Source: Alphaproteobacteria bacterium (lineage in GTDB: Bacteria; Pseudomonadota; Alphaproteobacteria; Rs-D84). From it: a stretch of DNA of 64,000 nt. Positions 27,743 through 42,700 of the stretch are shown piece after piece (position 1 is the first letter of the stretch; every line of letters begins with the position of its first letter). Position numbers and translations under genes: made by a program. The DNA lies in NCBI GenBank assembly GCA_017427405.1, contig JAFRSV010000011.1, forward strand, positions 8,703-72,702. The letters run 5' to 3'. Below the pieces are notes generated by a model. That model worked only from the letters and a program-made list of their open reading frames with translations. It was not told the DNA's origin and did not search any database.

Positions 27743-30700
27743 ATGAAGAAATTCGCTAAAATCCTTGGTTTTCTGGGCTTTTTTGTGACACTTGCGACTG
27801 CCCAAATCGGCACCGCATGGGCGGATGGAGCATACTGTGGCTATGGATATGATGGGTACTATGGTTTGGGGCGTGATGAGGATGATTGTGCCAAATGTAT
27901 GGAAGATTTTCCGAACTATCCCAATAGCACGGGCATGTATAATTTTAGCGGGGATTTATGTTACAGTGCATGTTCTGGAACGTGTACGGACAGAAATGCT
28001 TACTTTCAAAGTGGTGGCACATACGGTGTTCCAGCAGGATCCTTGTTTTTTGTTTATGGGTTTGGTAGCAGAACGCAAAATTCATTGTTAAATATCAGTG
28101 GTCTTACGTGCGGTAACATTGGGGACTATTGTGCTGAAATTTTTGATTGCGGCAAGAGTACGTGTTCGGCAAATTGGAAGACCATCAATTTTGTAGATCA
28201 TAACAATACAACCTTGGGTACGCTTTACATTGTGTACAACAAGATATGGAGTACGCAGCAGACAACAGAATGTGACAATTGCACCGGAGATGGACGAAAT
28301 TATGCGGTATTTTATCCGGTGTTTCAAACACCAACAGCACCAAGCAGGGAAGGGTACACATTTTTGGGATATTCAAATCAACAAACCGGTGATAATATAA
28401 CTATGCCTGCGCAGAGTCATCATGGCGAAACTCTCTATTATGTATCATTAAATTATAATAATGCGACAACTGTTAGTGGAATTAGTGGTAATACGATCAC
28501 TCTTTACGCCCGTTATAGTCATGATGGGTGTGAAGCAAATTATTGGTATAATAGTCAGACAGAAGAATGTGTCCCGTGCGCCGATGGTTTCACAAGTCCA
28601 GGCGGATATCTGGGGCAAGAATCGTGTACCACTGAATGTCATGTAAATTGTACAGAGGCGCATGACCCCTCAAATGACTGTGTTTTGCCAGCGGTTGGTC
28701 ATTACAGCCATATAACTTTTTCCGGAACAGAATACGAGATAGGAATACCATCACAAGGCATTGAAGCAGAAAAATGTTATGATGAAAACAACAACGAGAT
28801 AACCAATCCATCAAATAATTCTGCCTATTGGTGCCCGTGGAGTTGTGACGGGTGTGAACCGGCAGGTTGTTATGACCTTGTAGGTGGAGAATGTGTTGCA
28901 AAGAAATTTATTGCGACCTATAAATGTGACGGTCAAAGCTCTTATACTTTCCAAGATCCAACATCTGGTAAGCCCACATATAACGAGGTTTATGATTTAT
29001 TTGATGTAACCGCGTCGGGTGGACCTGGGGCGTGTAACCCCCAATCAAACTCTGGACAAAGTTTTGCTGGCTGGGTTCTTGATATAGACAGTAACCAAAC
29101 GTTGCGCACGTATCCGGACAGTTTTGAATGGAAATGGTGTAAAGACGGGAACTTTAATGCTGCGTGGACTGACAGTTGCTATGAAGTCAGTTTTGATGAT
29201 GACACGAATGGTGGGCACCCAAGCGGATATCCGAATCTCACGCCTGGTACACATACGTCTTTCTATAAAAAATATAACGACACAGCATGGTATTCAGATA
29301 GTAAGTGTAGCGACAAAATAGAAATAGGAAGTGGAGTGAATCAAGTAAATGTCATAGGACATCTGCCTGGGAAAGAACATGCGACATTTACCGGGTATTA
29401 TGATGAAACCCAAAACCCTGATTTAAAGATTTTTGCCGGTGATAATGATACGCTCCAAGGTGTGTTGACAAACGATGGGGCAAGCTGGACGATAACTGGT
29501 AACACAGTATTGTACGCACAGTATACTTGTGTTGAAGGTTATGCTCCAAATGCCAGTGGCGATTGTGTTGATGACCAAATCGACGTAAAATATACCTGTG
29601 TTTCACCTGTTGATGGTGAACCAGACACCTATACATTCAATGATGACGCAACTTATGGTGCTGCGTACCCTGTTAAACCTGTTGGAACGGGTAATTACAA
29701 TGTGCCATGCGCATTTACTGGGTATGAGTTAGACAATGATTATGTGTGGAAATTACAAGATTATAGTGGCAATCCAAACAATCCGAACGGTGAATATGGC
29801 CCAGGCGCAGACGCAGGCAACACATTGCTTTCCACTGATTGGCAATATATTACGACCACACCATTGACGGAAATAGAATTTATTTTGAACAAGAATTTGT
29901 GGAATTTAAAAACATACACGGTTGAATATCGTTGCGGAAGCATCAAACCGGATGCCGATGTTTATACGGATTCCAGTGCTACATACGGTCAAACCTATAA
30001 CATTGCTGGTCAATTTGATCCAGTTGGTGGTAGCAATGTCACAGTTCAAGATTTCTTGGATAACAATTGTAAACCAGATGGTGGATTTGGTGCGTGGACA
30101 TTCCAAAATTGGACATTCACATGTCATGGTGCCAACACGGGTCCATATGTTACCAATGATCCGAGTTTTGGCACATGGATATATGACCACGACGACTGCT
30201 ATTTTACGGCAAATTGGGCCCAGACAGATTTTGAAATTATATTAGATTCAAATATATCGGATGGTTATATATCCAGTGGCAACAATGGTCCTTCGCTTGA
30301 TAGTGACCCAGACAAGCTTTACACCAGGTGGCGCGAAGGTGTGTATATTCGGTTGCCCCGCAATAATGCCAATATGATGACATCCAATGCGAATAACATA
30401 GAAAATCCTAAAAAGTATTATGCATTGACGATAAACGGTGGAACTGCGGGTGGCACCACAAATGGAACCTTCTCTTGGAATGGGGTGGATAATCTTACAA
30501 GCACAATCGAAACTGTCCAACTTACATTTACCGGCTTTTATGATGCGGATACCACAAACAATCCAAGACCGTACATAGGTACCGATGGACATATTACTAG
30601 CGAAGGTAATGATAAAGGTATTAGTTATGATGGCACGGGTGCAACACCATACACGTGGTATGCGCATTGGACGAATAATAGCGGGTCCATCACGTTACCA

Positions 30701-33700
30701 ACACCGGACGATATAACCGGATATGATTTCGGCGGTTGGATCTGCGTTGACGGTGAAAATAACGAGATTTATAATACCACCGCTAATCCAAACCAAAGCC
30801 TTACAGTGACCATATCAGAAAACATCACTTGTACTGCACAGTGGGTTGTTGCATGCCGGACGGTGACATTTAATGAAAATGGCGGAACGCCAAACGCACA
30901 ATATGGTACATATGACACTCGTTCAAAGGTTGTTGGTAACCCAATTTGGTACACCAATTCGACCTGTGGTGGTGGGATCCTTGTTCCAAATGTATCAAAC
31001 AACATTCCGACCAGGGGTGAACATGAACATTTTGTTGGATACAACACCGCAAGTGACGGCACTGGTGACGAAATCTTCGATGAAGATGGTGTACTGGTTG
31101 ATTCTAATTGGACAATTACACAAAATGCCACGCTTTATGCGCAATACGCTTGCGATGAGCCGTATCATATCAATCCGCAAACTGGTGAATGCGAGGTTTG
31201 TCCATCTGGTACTTTCTATAACCCGACAAACCCGAATCCAAGTTCAAACCTTTGTGATTCGTGTGATACATACATTCACGATCACGCAAGGGAATGGGAC
31301 GAAGCATGGGCGCTTGACTATACGTGGTCAAGTAATCCACCATATACATGGAGTGTAGATCAATGCTATCGTGAGTGCCGTGGTGAAGACAGTAACGAGG
31401 TTGATACATGCGATATATTCCAACTTACATCCACTGACATTAATAATAGAATGGAACAATTTTTGCCGGATGGATTAATAAATACTGGCGGTGATACAGG
31501 TAAACAAATTTCTTTCTTTGGTAATCAAAGAGTAAACATTAATACATGTAATCCCCAGTCTGGAATAAAATATTGTCCAGTTGGTTTGTTGGGTGATGCT
31601 GCGATAGCCACGGTCAAGCCGATTGCGGCCTCGGTGGATTTCCATATAGATCCAGACAATAGCCCGGAAGAGACAAAGTCGGTTTACATCGTTGGTGGTC
31701 GTAATCCGAGTATGGCGAATGGTCTTGTATTACAAACAGGTTATGCATGGAGTCAGGTCCGCGGTCCTGGCCAGAATTCGCCAGAGGTTAATCATGTCGT
31801 TGACGGGCAACCCATAACGTTTAACTATATTCACATCATATACCCCGCAGAGGCGCCACAGGCGGTTTCTCCCGCATGTTCCACATTTACTGGTTACGGA
31901 TTTCCTCAAAATCATCCAGAAGTGTCGACGTTCGGGCGTAATTTGACCACAGCGAATGCATCAGATATAATAAACTATGCCCAGACTGCTAACTCTGCGG
32001 AGATGAGCCCAATCGTAAATGACACCAATTCTCGTAATCTGTATGCACAGTACGATACGGGTGCTCAGTATAACTATTCTTACAATTGTAATTGCAGTGG
32101 CGATGGGTGCGGTGGTTCTGCACCAAGTGGTGGAACAATATGCGCCGGTGCCGACTTTACCCCGGCCACAAACACATGCACCAAAGGTAATTGTACATTC
32201 CTTGGCTGGTCGACCAATCCAGGGGCCACTGTACCGGAAACTCTACCAACAACATGGACGTATACGTCCAATCAGGTATTTTATGCGATATGGGGCAACT
32301 GTTCCGCACCAACGGCGAACATAGAATACTATTCTGGTAACACCCTGTTTGGTCAAGTTCCTTTGACAGTGACACCAACAAACAGTACCATTTATGGCAC
32401 ATTGCAACTTCCGACTGTGCCAGCCATAGATCAAAATATGCCGGCTACATATAATTGTGACGGTGCCACGTTTAATATACCGCAACAGGTTCAATATGTT
32501 ATAAATAACAATACTTATTCTGGTGTTCCAGTGTTTATAGATCCAGAAACATCTCAACCAATAGGTGAGGTGGTAAAATGGTGTACGGACCCAGACCTAG
32601 AAACCGGTTGCTATTTGCCGTATGAACTTAATCCAGCTAACTGTAACGATGTAAAACTTTACGCACAATGGAAGTGTGCCCAGGGCTATATGCTTCAAGA
32701 TAACAGGTGTGTAAGATGCCAAGATGATTATATTTGGAATTCGACAACGCAACAATGTGAACCGGCAACAACGGGTTGTCCTAACGGATTTCCGCACACA
32801 AAGACCGGATATAACTGGGGCACCGACCAATGTTATCGTATCTGTGGTTCACAGTCGGGCGACACTAGAACAGACTGTCGTATGACCACCGATATACCAT
32901 CAGGACACGGATTTGAACAATTCTTGACGGGGACACAGGCGGAAAAACAAATTTCATTCTATGGTAATGAACATGACGGTATTTATACATGCCAAGAAAG
33001 CACTGGGGCTGCCTATTGTCCGCTTGGATTGTTGAACGGCGTTAATATATATTCTGCGCACAAACCAATGTCGGCATCGGTAAAGTTTAACGGGACCGAG
33101 GACCAAAACATCGAACGCTATATCATTGGAAACCGCAATAGTCAGGCCAACAACATATCCCTTGGCGATGGTTTCGCATGGAGCCATGTCGTAGGCCGCG
33201 GCCAGCAAGGTTCGGTAATTGAAGGTGCTAATACATATCGCTATACATTTATTACATATCCGACGGATACGGCGCCAACGGCCGTATCGCGTGAACATTA
33301 TACATTTTTGGGATATGGTTATCCAGAGGACGATCCTGAAATAACGCCGATCCTTGCGAACCTTGCATTAACCACGGGTAGCAGTGGTAATGCGGCTAGT
33401 ATAATCAGTTATGCTAATAGCCATACTGGTGATAGTAATATGAGTCCAGTTATAAATGAACACCGCAACCTGTATGCACAGTATACGGCTGACGATACCT
33501 ATACCCTTACATATTCCTGTGGTGATGGTGGCGGCCAGGCACCAGCGCAACAAAGCGGTATATATGCAGGACAACCGAATATTCCAATAAGTACACCAAC
33601 CGGGTGTAACAGTTACGCAACTAATTTGCTTTCCAAATGGAAAGTCACAGGAACCGATAATTCCACATCTTATGATGATGTGTCGGCAAGTACCCAAAAT

Positions 33701-36700
33701 ATCACGTGGAACTATCCGGAAAGTGTGACCTTTACCGCAATTTGGGGTGGTGCGAATGAAAGGAATATAGATTACCGCAGAATTCCGGAAACCGATGCTA
33801 ACAATATTACAAATGCGGGAAATAAGTTAATTATGCCGGAATCTGGCATGCCGGAAAGTTTCACTTGTGGTGATGGAACAACACAGATCAATATCACCGG
33901 GCATCCACAACTTTACAATATGCATGGCGAGGTTGTTGGGGAATTAGTTGGCGACGTCACAGATTGGTGTGATACTGAAAATTCTGAAACCCATGAGTTA
34001 TCGGGTTGTTCCGAAACTCAAAGTTTTTCCAATAATTCGTGCAGTGATAAAGTTTTCTATGCGAAATGGCAATGCGCGGACGGTTATCATTTGAATGCCA
34101 CGGGTGATGACTGTATTACATGTGGGGCTGGTTATTATTGGAATAATGGTGATTGTGCCCCCTGCGAAAGTGGTTGGACCAGCAGGCCGCCATATAACTG
34201 GACCATAAATCAGTGTTATAAATTATGCGATGGCAGAAACGGAACCGCCGCAAAGACCTGTAGTGATAGTTTGACACCGACTTTATCAACCCTACCATAT
34301 TTTGCAAACAAGTTCTTGGATCAAGGTGACGACCCATACCAAATCACATTCTATGGTAATGATAATGCAGGCATTGATGTTTGCACAATGGACGAGGTTG
34401 CATATTGTCCCGCGGTGTTATCCGCCCTGGTGGCCAATACCCTTCCGGTTAACAAAACCAAGGCATCCACAATAACATTCAAGAAACAAGACCTTGCGGG
34501 TAATGCTGGAACCCGTTATCTTGTCGGATTTTTGGACATAAATGGCGACTATGTCCCCCAGAATGGTAAATTCTGGAGTCACATTGCAGGCCAGGGCCAG
34601 CAGATCACAGAGGGTTTCGATACTTATACAAAGATAATCTATCCGACAAATATAGCACCGGCGCCAAGTGATACCATAAACGATCCGTTGTTCACGGGAT
34701 ATTATGATGCGCAATCCGGTGGCAATCAACGTGTTGACGAAACACTTGGGTTGAGCAGTTCCAACGCGGTCGCATTTGCACAAAGTCCGTTATCCGCAAA
34801 CCAAGTCGGTTCCCGCACATTGTATCCGCAATATTGCGAAAATGGTGAAACATGGAACGGAAGCACCTGCACATCGCAGAGTTGGAATAATGTAAAATAT
34901 GTTTGTGGCAACCATGGAACGGAAGCTTCCGGATATAGCATGGAAAACACAGCAACATATAACGAACAGTATAAAGTTGCATATCAGACGTCTAACTTTA
35001 ATCAAATGATTGCATTTTGCGATGCCGATACAGGTTATGTATTTACTAATTGGAAATTAAACAATACTAATGGTTCGGTTGCACCATATAGTGGTAATAC
35101 CGGCGCTATCATCACATGGGATTTTACAACATTTAATCCGGCAAATACCCCAATCTTTACCGCACAATATGAATGCGATACGGATTATATTGCGAACGGT
35201 GATGTAAACAATGGAGGAACATGCGAACCTGTATCTGATGTTTGCAATGCCCAGTTACCAAATAACGCGAATGCACACATCATAGGTTGGAGTATGCCCG
35301 ACGGTACATGCATTTATACTATTCAATGTAATGCATGCATAAATTCCGATCCGGCAAATTACAGCTGTTATGTCCACGAAAATAGTGCATCTAACAATGG
35401 TCAATTTACGGTCACGGGTAATGGCACAGATGTTTTGGCAAATGCAATTTGTGCTCCGGCCGATTTCTGTGTCACATTAGATGATAATGGTGGCAGTGGT
35501 GGTATCGGCACCTTGTGTGAAACATATAATGTGGGGTGGCATAAATATGGCTCTGATTCGATTATATCAACCCTGAACCAATCAGATTTACCACAATGGG
35601 CTAATAACAGCCAAGTGTTTGCAGGGTACTGGACACTGGCAAGTGGTGGAAGCATGGAGATCGGTTCGGACGGAAACATTATTCCTGACCCTGTTGTGCT
35701 TACCGATAATAACCAAACTTGGCATGCCCATTGGGGCGATGGTACCGGATATACGGTTACGTTTAAATGCAATGGGGATACTGAATGGACCGATACCCAA
35801 ACGGTATACCCGCCACAGAACATAGATGTACCACAAACATCATGTTCGCGCACCGGCTATACGTTCACAAATTGGCAGGATACGACCAATAATGTCGTAA
35901 TTTCTGCAACCAATACAACATTCTTGTGGACTGGCGAATTTAATTCGGTTTTGACCCCAGATTGGACGGCGAATACATACGATGTGAAATATGTATGCAA
36001 CGGTGAGTCACAGACATTCCAGAATGGTGCAACATATGGTGTGAATTATGACGTAAAGAACCGCAGTGATCTTTCTATTGGTTGTACACCGCCGGCGGGT
36101 AAAGTTTTTGACAAGTGGGGATTAAGCAATAATGGGAGCACTGTCATAGAAACATACGCCGAAGGTGCACCGATTCATCCTTGGAATTACACAATTTCGG
36201 CACCAACCTTTACGGCACAATGGACGGATGGATGTTACAAAGTAACTTTCAATAATATCTTGTTTGGTGGACAAGATCCGGCAGGTGCTGCGGTAACGTT
36301 CTATAAAAAGGGCACAAACTGGTACGCATGGAATGATAGTTCATGCAGTTATCCGCAAACCCCAAATATTAGTTCATTACCAACTAAGACAAACGCAGAA
36401 TTTTCTGGGTACGATACCGATAACACAACCCCGGATGAAGTTCAGTTCGTGTTTGTGAGGTCGGGGTCTAATGCGGTGTTAACAACGTATGGTCAACAAT
36501 GGACTATTGATGATGATACAACATTATATGCGAAATACGTGTGTATTGATGGCTATACCCTTAACGGAACAACATGCGTCTTGGATTCTTCGAATTTCCA
36601 CACGATAACCCTTGACGAAAATGCCGGAGAATTTTATGGCGTAGCCAGTAATCCGAATGTTTTGTATACCATAGAGGGTATAACCCAAGCTTACACTGAT

Positions 36701-39700
36701 GAGGACCATAATAATCCATTCGATAGGTTGAACGAGAATGGTTTCCCCCGCAAATATGCCAAAGTGACATTCCATTTCTGCGATGGTGATGACAATTCTT
36801 GCGATCTCCCATCAACCCAAAATGTGATCAAAAACGCATATTTCACATTTGGTGGATTTTATGTGCAACATCCAGATGAATCAGATAGATATATATCTGC
36901 GGATGGATTTATTACCACGTTGGGGGGCAATGTGGCTGCTGGTCTGGCAAGTGATACAACCTGGTATGCGGTATGGAACGATTATGGTACGGTTGCTCAT
37001 TCCGATTGGCAATCCAATCCGACACCACCATCGGGCTACGCTTTTGTTGGTTGGTACACAGCAGCGAATTGTGGCGGTACTCAAGTTACTTCATCTTACC
37101 AATTTACCACCCCTGACACTGACCTTTATGCTTGTTGGTCACAGAATGTATTCACCGTCACATACGATTGCGGCACTGGTAACGGCGGCACTCAATCAGA
37201 TACACAAAGTCATCCGACCACTGGCAGTGCCTATACTGTTTTACCGAACGGAACCACAAATGGTGGTGTTGTGACTTGTAACCTTGACGGCCAGGGTTTC
37301 GCCGGGTGGAAATTTAGTCAAGACACTGGTGTAAACCCGTATAATGCTGGGGATACAATAATATGGCAGGTTGGTTATAGCAATGAAACCTTGACCGCCC
37401 AATACAGACGCTGTGAAACAAACGAAGTCCTTGTGAACGGCGTGTGTTATCCGGAATGCGAAGACAAAACATGTACGATACCGAACTCACAATATGACAA
37501 TGGGTGCCCGGATCATGATCCCCAGTATCCAAATGACGGATCAATGCATTGTACATACAGCGATCCAGCAATAGTGCAAGGTTATTATATTGATAACGAA
37601 CACACAACCTGCCTATATGCAAACGGAGCCAACCAAGGCAGTCCGATAAACGAGGGCTATTGCCCTGAAACACCGGTTTGTAACCCAGGTTATACTTGGA
37701 GTACAAATCCGTGGGGATGTATACCAGATCCAAACGCAACATATACTATACAATTCATCTGTGAACAGAACGGAACACCGATAACTACTCCCCAAACCGT
37801 GCACTATGGTGATTCTATAACCGTTCCGTCAAATTCGGTCTGCACGAATAACCCTGGGTATTCGTATAGTCAGTGGGAAGCCACACAATATAACAATCCA
37901 GCTACACTTCCTGCGCAGGGTACTACATATCAATATACATGGAACCAAACTCATGGTGAGACATTCATAGCAGATTGGAATAACCAAGGGGATATATTCA
38001 AAATGACCCTGAATCCAAGTGGTGGAAACCCGGGTTCGGACTTTATCGGAACGTTATGGGAACGGTACAACGACGGTTTCTATAGAAACAATGATGATGG
38101 AATTCTTTCCGATCTCGTTGAGATGTTTAATGCCAACCAATTACCAACATTTGAGGCAAATAATTTCAATGGATATAAAACGTCGGAAGGATATGATCGT
38201 GTAATATTCAATTCGATAACTGGTAAATGGGAACCAGTAGCTGCAGCTATATCAAGTAATGAAACTTGGTATGCCCAGTGGAACCCATGCGGAGATTATC
38301 AGTATTATGACAATGGTTGTCATGAATGCGAGCAGGAATATCATGAAAACATGCATCCATCTGTGCACACGGATTGCTATAAATCGTGTAACACATGTTC
38401 TGACCCGGTAACGTGTCCAGCAATGGGGCAACCTGGTGTTACTGGGTGCAATTATGACCATAATTCTAACAATTATAATGGGTACATATTCTGGCAGCCA
38501 ACACCGAATAACATTTGTTTAGATGTCAATCGTGATCCTATAATGTGTGACTACGAGGTAAATTGTGCTGATGGTTATTATCAGAGTTCTGACCACAAGA
38601 GTTGTATAGGAAACGATTACCAAATAACGTTGGATAGTCAGCATGGGGATATTTGTGGTGGTTCTTTTGCCGGGAACAATAGTAATCCGACAATCCTTTA
38701 CACACAATATGGGATTAACGGTAACATTTGGTTGAATTCGACGCATTCTGGTACCCCGATGTATCACGATGGAATATATGAACGTTTATATGCCAATCCG
38801 ACAAAGTCAGCCAGTGTGACCTTTAACGGAAATGGTGGCACAGTTATCGGTCAAACGTTCCAAACGGCAACCTTTGAATTTGGTGGTTTTTACCAGGTGC
38901 AAAACGGTGCTGGGGCCCAATACATAAATAATACAACTTCTGGAACATTTGGCGGACAACTTCAAGAGGCCGGATTAAACGCAGCCCGAACAATTATCGG
39001 TGTTCAAACATGGTATGCAAAATGGACTGGTGGTTCTATAACGCTGCCATCGGTGCAACGCGATGGTTATCCGTTCCTTGGGTGGTACAAGGGAACATAT
39101 GTGGGCGCCGAACGGGTGGGCGATGCCGGTGACCAATATACCCCAAGTTGTGCGAACGAAACACTATATGCCCAGTGGTCGTCAACGCCAAATTCGTATA
39201 ACATATCCTATCATGACGACAATGCTCAAACACCGTTGCACTTTAATGTGAACGCTAATAGTCATTGTTCTCCGACTTATTATCAATACGGCACGGGCGC
39301 ACAAATTAGTTGTAGTTTGGCACAGTTCGCGACCAACAACCCCAATTGGCATGTCGTGTTCAAAGGTTGGTGTACCAACGCAAATGGCACAGGGTGCAGC
39401 GTGACCAGTCCATACTTTGTCATAGGCCCAACGGAAATTGGTGATAAGGATTATTATGCTTTGTGGGATTGTGTGGATGGTTATCACGTTGATGATACTA
39501 CCCACACGTGCAAACCAAATACGATAAACTTGAATTATGTAACTCAATATGGTTCCGCACCGACGCAACCGTCAAGTTGCACATATGGCGAATCGTTTAA
39601 TCTGCCTGGGGCACTCACATATTCAGGGCAACAGTTCCAATATTGGCAAACTAACGGGGCGACCGGTTACAACCAGCACAATGGTGGCGCAGAAATCCAG

Positions 39701-42700
39701 TGTACACCACAATATCTTGGTGGAACGGGTGGGCATAATTCAACGGCAACAATTACCGCCGTGTGGCAATCTTGGAATACATTATGCCCAGCACACTTGC
39801 AAACAAGCCCCAATCCGCATGCGACCTTGTTGTCTAATCCTGCGCCGTATGTTAATGGGAATAACAAGTGTGTGTACACAATAAAGTGTAGTTCTTGTGT
39901 TGGGTCCAATTATTATGATTGTTACACCAACGGCGATAGTGCTAATAATAGTGGTATCTTTACATACGAAGGCAATATTAACGACAGTCATGCACTGGAT
40001 GGCGTGGTTTGTGATCCTGCGACATATACCGCTGTTTATAAATGCGGTGATGGAACACCAAATATTGAGTACTTGGATAATGAACATATTATAACATATG
40101 ATGGAACTTATTATGTATTGAATAACGTTATACCATGTCAGTCAACGAATGCACAATTTAATGGTTGGACATTTAATGGTAACCCAAGTTATGGTGTATA
40201 TACGGGGGGCACCCAAATTAGCCCATGGCGGTATCGTGGTATAACCCCGGTCTTTACCGCACACTATGGACAATGCGGTGCTGGTGAAGTACTTGTGGAT
40301 GGTGAATGTGAAACGGAATGTCGTGTAAGCTGCACATATCCAGGGGCACCTAACGCCAGTCCGATGAATCAACCGTGTCCAAGTGGAAATACCTATCCAG
40401 AGGGTACGACTTGCAATTATGATATCAATTCAAATCCGTCACAGGCCGGGTTTGCCCCTGAAACAGATCCAGACGCATGTCTTACGATCTCAAGGCCGCA
40501 TACCCAGATACAGGCGAATCCATGTGAAGTAAGCGTCGTCAACTGCCCGACATATTATACCTGGAATCCAGGCACAGGGCAATGTGAAGGAAAAACATTC
40601 CTTGTGAGGCTAGATCTAAATGATGGTGAACCTGGATCAAGCAATGTGAGCCAGATATTCGAACAATACGGTTATGGGTGGAGTAAAACCGAGAGTGATT
40701 TTGACCCATATTTGTACCTAGATCCGGAAACAGAATTGCCACATTGGCGTGATGAAACAAAGATCTTTAACGGTTTTTGGACTTCTTCAACTGGTGGCGC
40801 ATTAAGAATACAAGGTTCCGGCTTTGTCAGTGAAAATGGCGTTAATCCATTGTCGCCGATCACACTTACCAGCAATGGTCAAACATGGCATGCCCACTGG
40901 CGTGATAATGACGGTCCATTTACGGTTACGTTCAAATGCGATGAAAATAGTGCACCAATCAATGGATATAATCAAACAAATGTGACCTATAATTCATACA
41001 TAAATGTTCCGCCCAAATCAGAATGTGCGACAGATGGTTCCACATTTACCCAGTGGCGGGGGCGCAACCATGGTGTCGTGATTACGGCTGGGAATTATCC
41101 TACACAGTATCGATGGGCATACCACCATGGTGAAGAATTCATACCAGATACAATGGATGTATATCATGTTGAGTTACGTCCCGGAGACAACGCAATGAAT
41201 GGCAGTATTACCGAATTGTGGGAAGTGTACGGTTACAATTGGTACAAGAATTCCGATTTGACCAACGTTGTTACATCACTCAGTGGTTCTGAATTACCAA
41301 CACGTACGGGATACTCGTTTGCTGGATACGAAAATGAAAATGGGGAAGAAAGAGGGCGGTTTAATGGTAGTGCATGGCTGTCGCCATCTGCCACAACCAT
41401 AAATACTAATGAAATTTGGACCGCACAGTGGAGTGTTTGTGCTGCTGGTTACTATTACAACCAAGAAACTGGTGGGTGTAATCTTTGCCCAGATGGATAC
41501 GATCAGAATCCGCATGCGATTGGTCAAAACCAGTGTTATTTCTCTTGTTCGGAAGATTGTAATTGGAATGATCAAATAGCGGCGAGTTGCAGCATTCCGC
41601 ATGCGACTTCTTATGAACCAGATATGATAGCGTACCCAGGTAAACACTATTGGGGCTATAGTTATTGCAGTTTGGAGAGATGGGCACAGCCGCATCCGCA
41701 GGGGTCAATACCAAACTGTGATTGCATACCAACGGCATGTGAACCTGGTTATGTTTTAGTTGGCAGAATTTGTGTGGAAGATTCGCATTGGAAAATCGTA
41801 TTAAACTCGAATTCATTAAATGGCGAAAGCAGTTATCCAAGTGTTCTTTACACATGGCACAATCGTGGCGTGTATTTGACGGATGAATATACGGATCAAT
41901 ATCTTATGGAATATAACCGCCATCCGCTTTATCGCAAACCAACCAATTATGCCACTGTAGAATTTAACTTAAACGGTGCGGGTGCGACACTTGAATGGGG
42001 TGGACGTGTTTATAATTATCCAGCTACAATGAATCAGAGTGTCGATTTTAGATTCCGTGGGTTTTATGATACGGCCACAGGTATGTCACAGTATATAAAC
42101 AACCAAGGCGAGGGTTATATCACACCGGAGGGTAACAGTGAAGGCAAACGTGCCGAATATGATCAAACATGGTACGCCCACTGGCAGGCACAAGCCATGG
42201 CTCAACTTCCGGTACCAAGCCGACCAGGTTACCGTTTTGATGGGTGGTATGATTTACTTGGTAACCAGTTAACTGAAGGTACACTGATAGACGGAAACAA
42301 GATAGTGTATGCACGGTGGATTGATGACATAGTTACTGTTACATTAAATTCGTCGTCTTGTAATCCTTCTAATATACCGCTTGGTCAATTGTATCAGAAA
42401 TACAATGTTGGTTGGTCCAAGTCCCAGAACGGCGAATTTATGCCAAATCTGACCCTTGAACCGGAAGATCTACCAACACCAACCAATCAAGATTATATAT
42501 TCTTGGGGTATTATGATACACAGAATGGCCGTAATCAAGTGGTCACTTCCAACGGTACGGTTATCGCAAGACCCGAATACGAAGAGAACAAGACCTGGTA
42601 TGCGCGGTGCAATATAAATAATGGTCCATTTACGGTCACATTCAGATGTGATGAGAATAGTGTACCGGTTCAACCTTATACTGTAGATTATGGTGATAGA

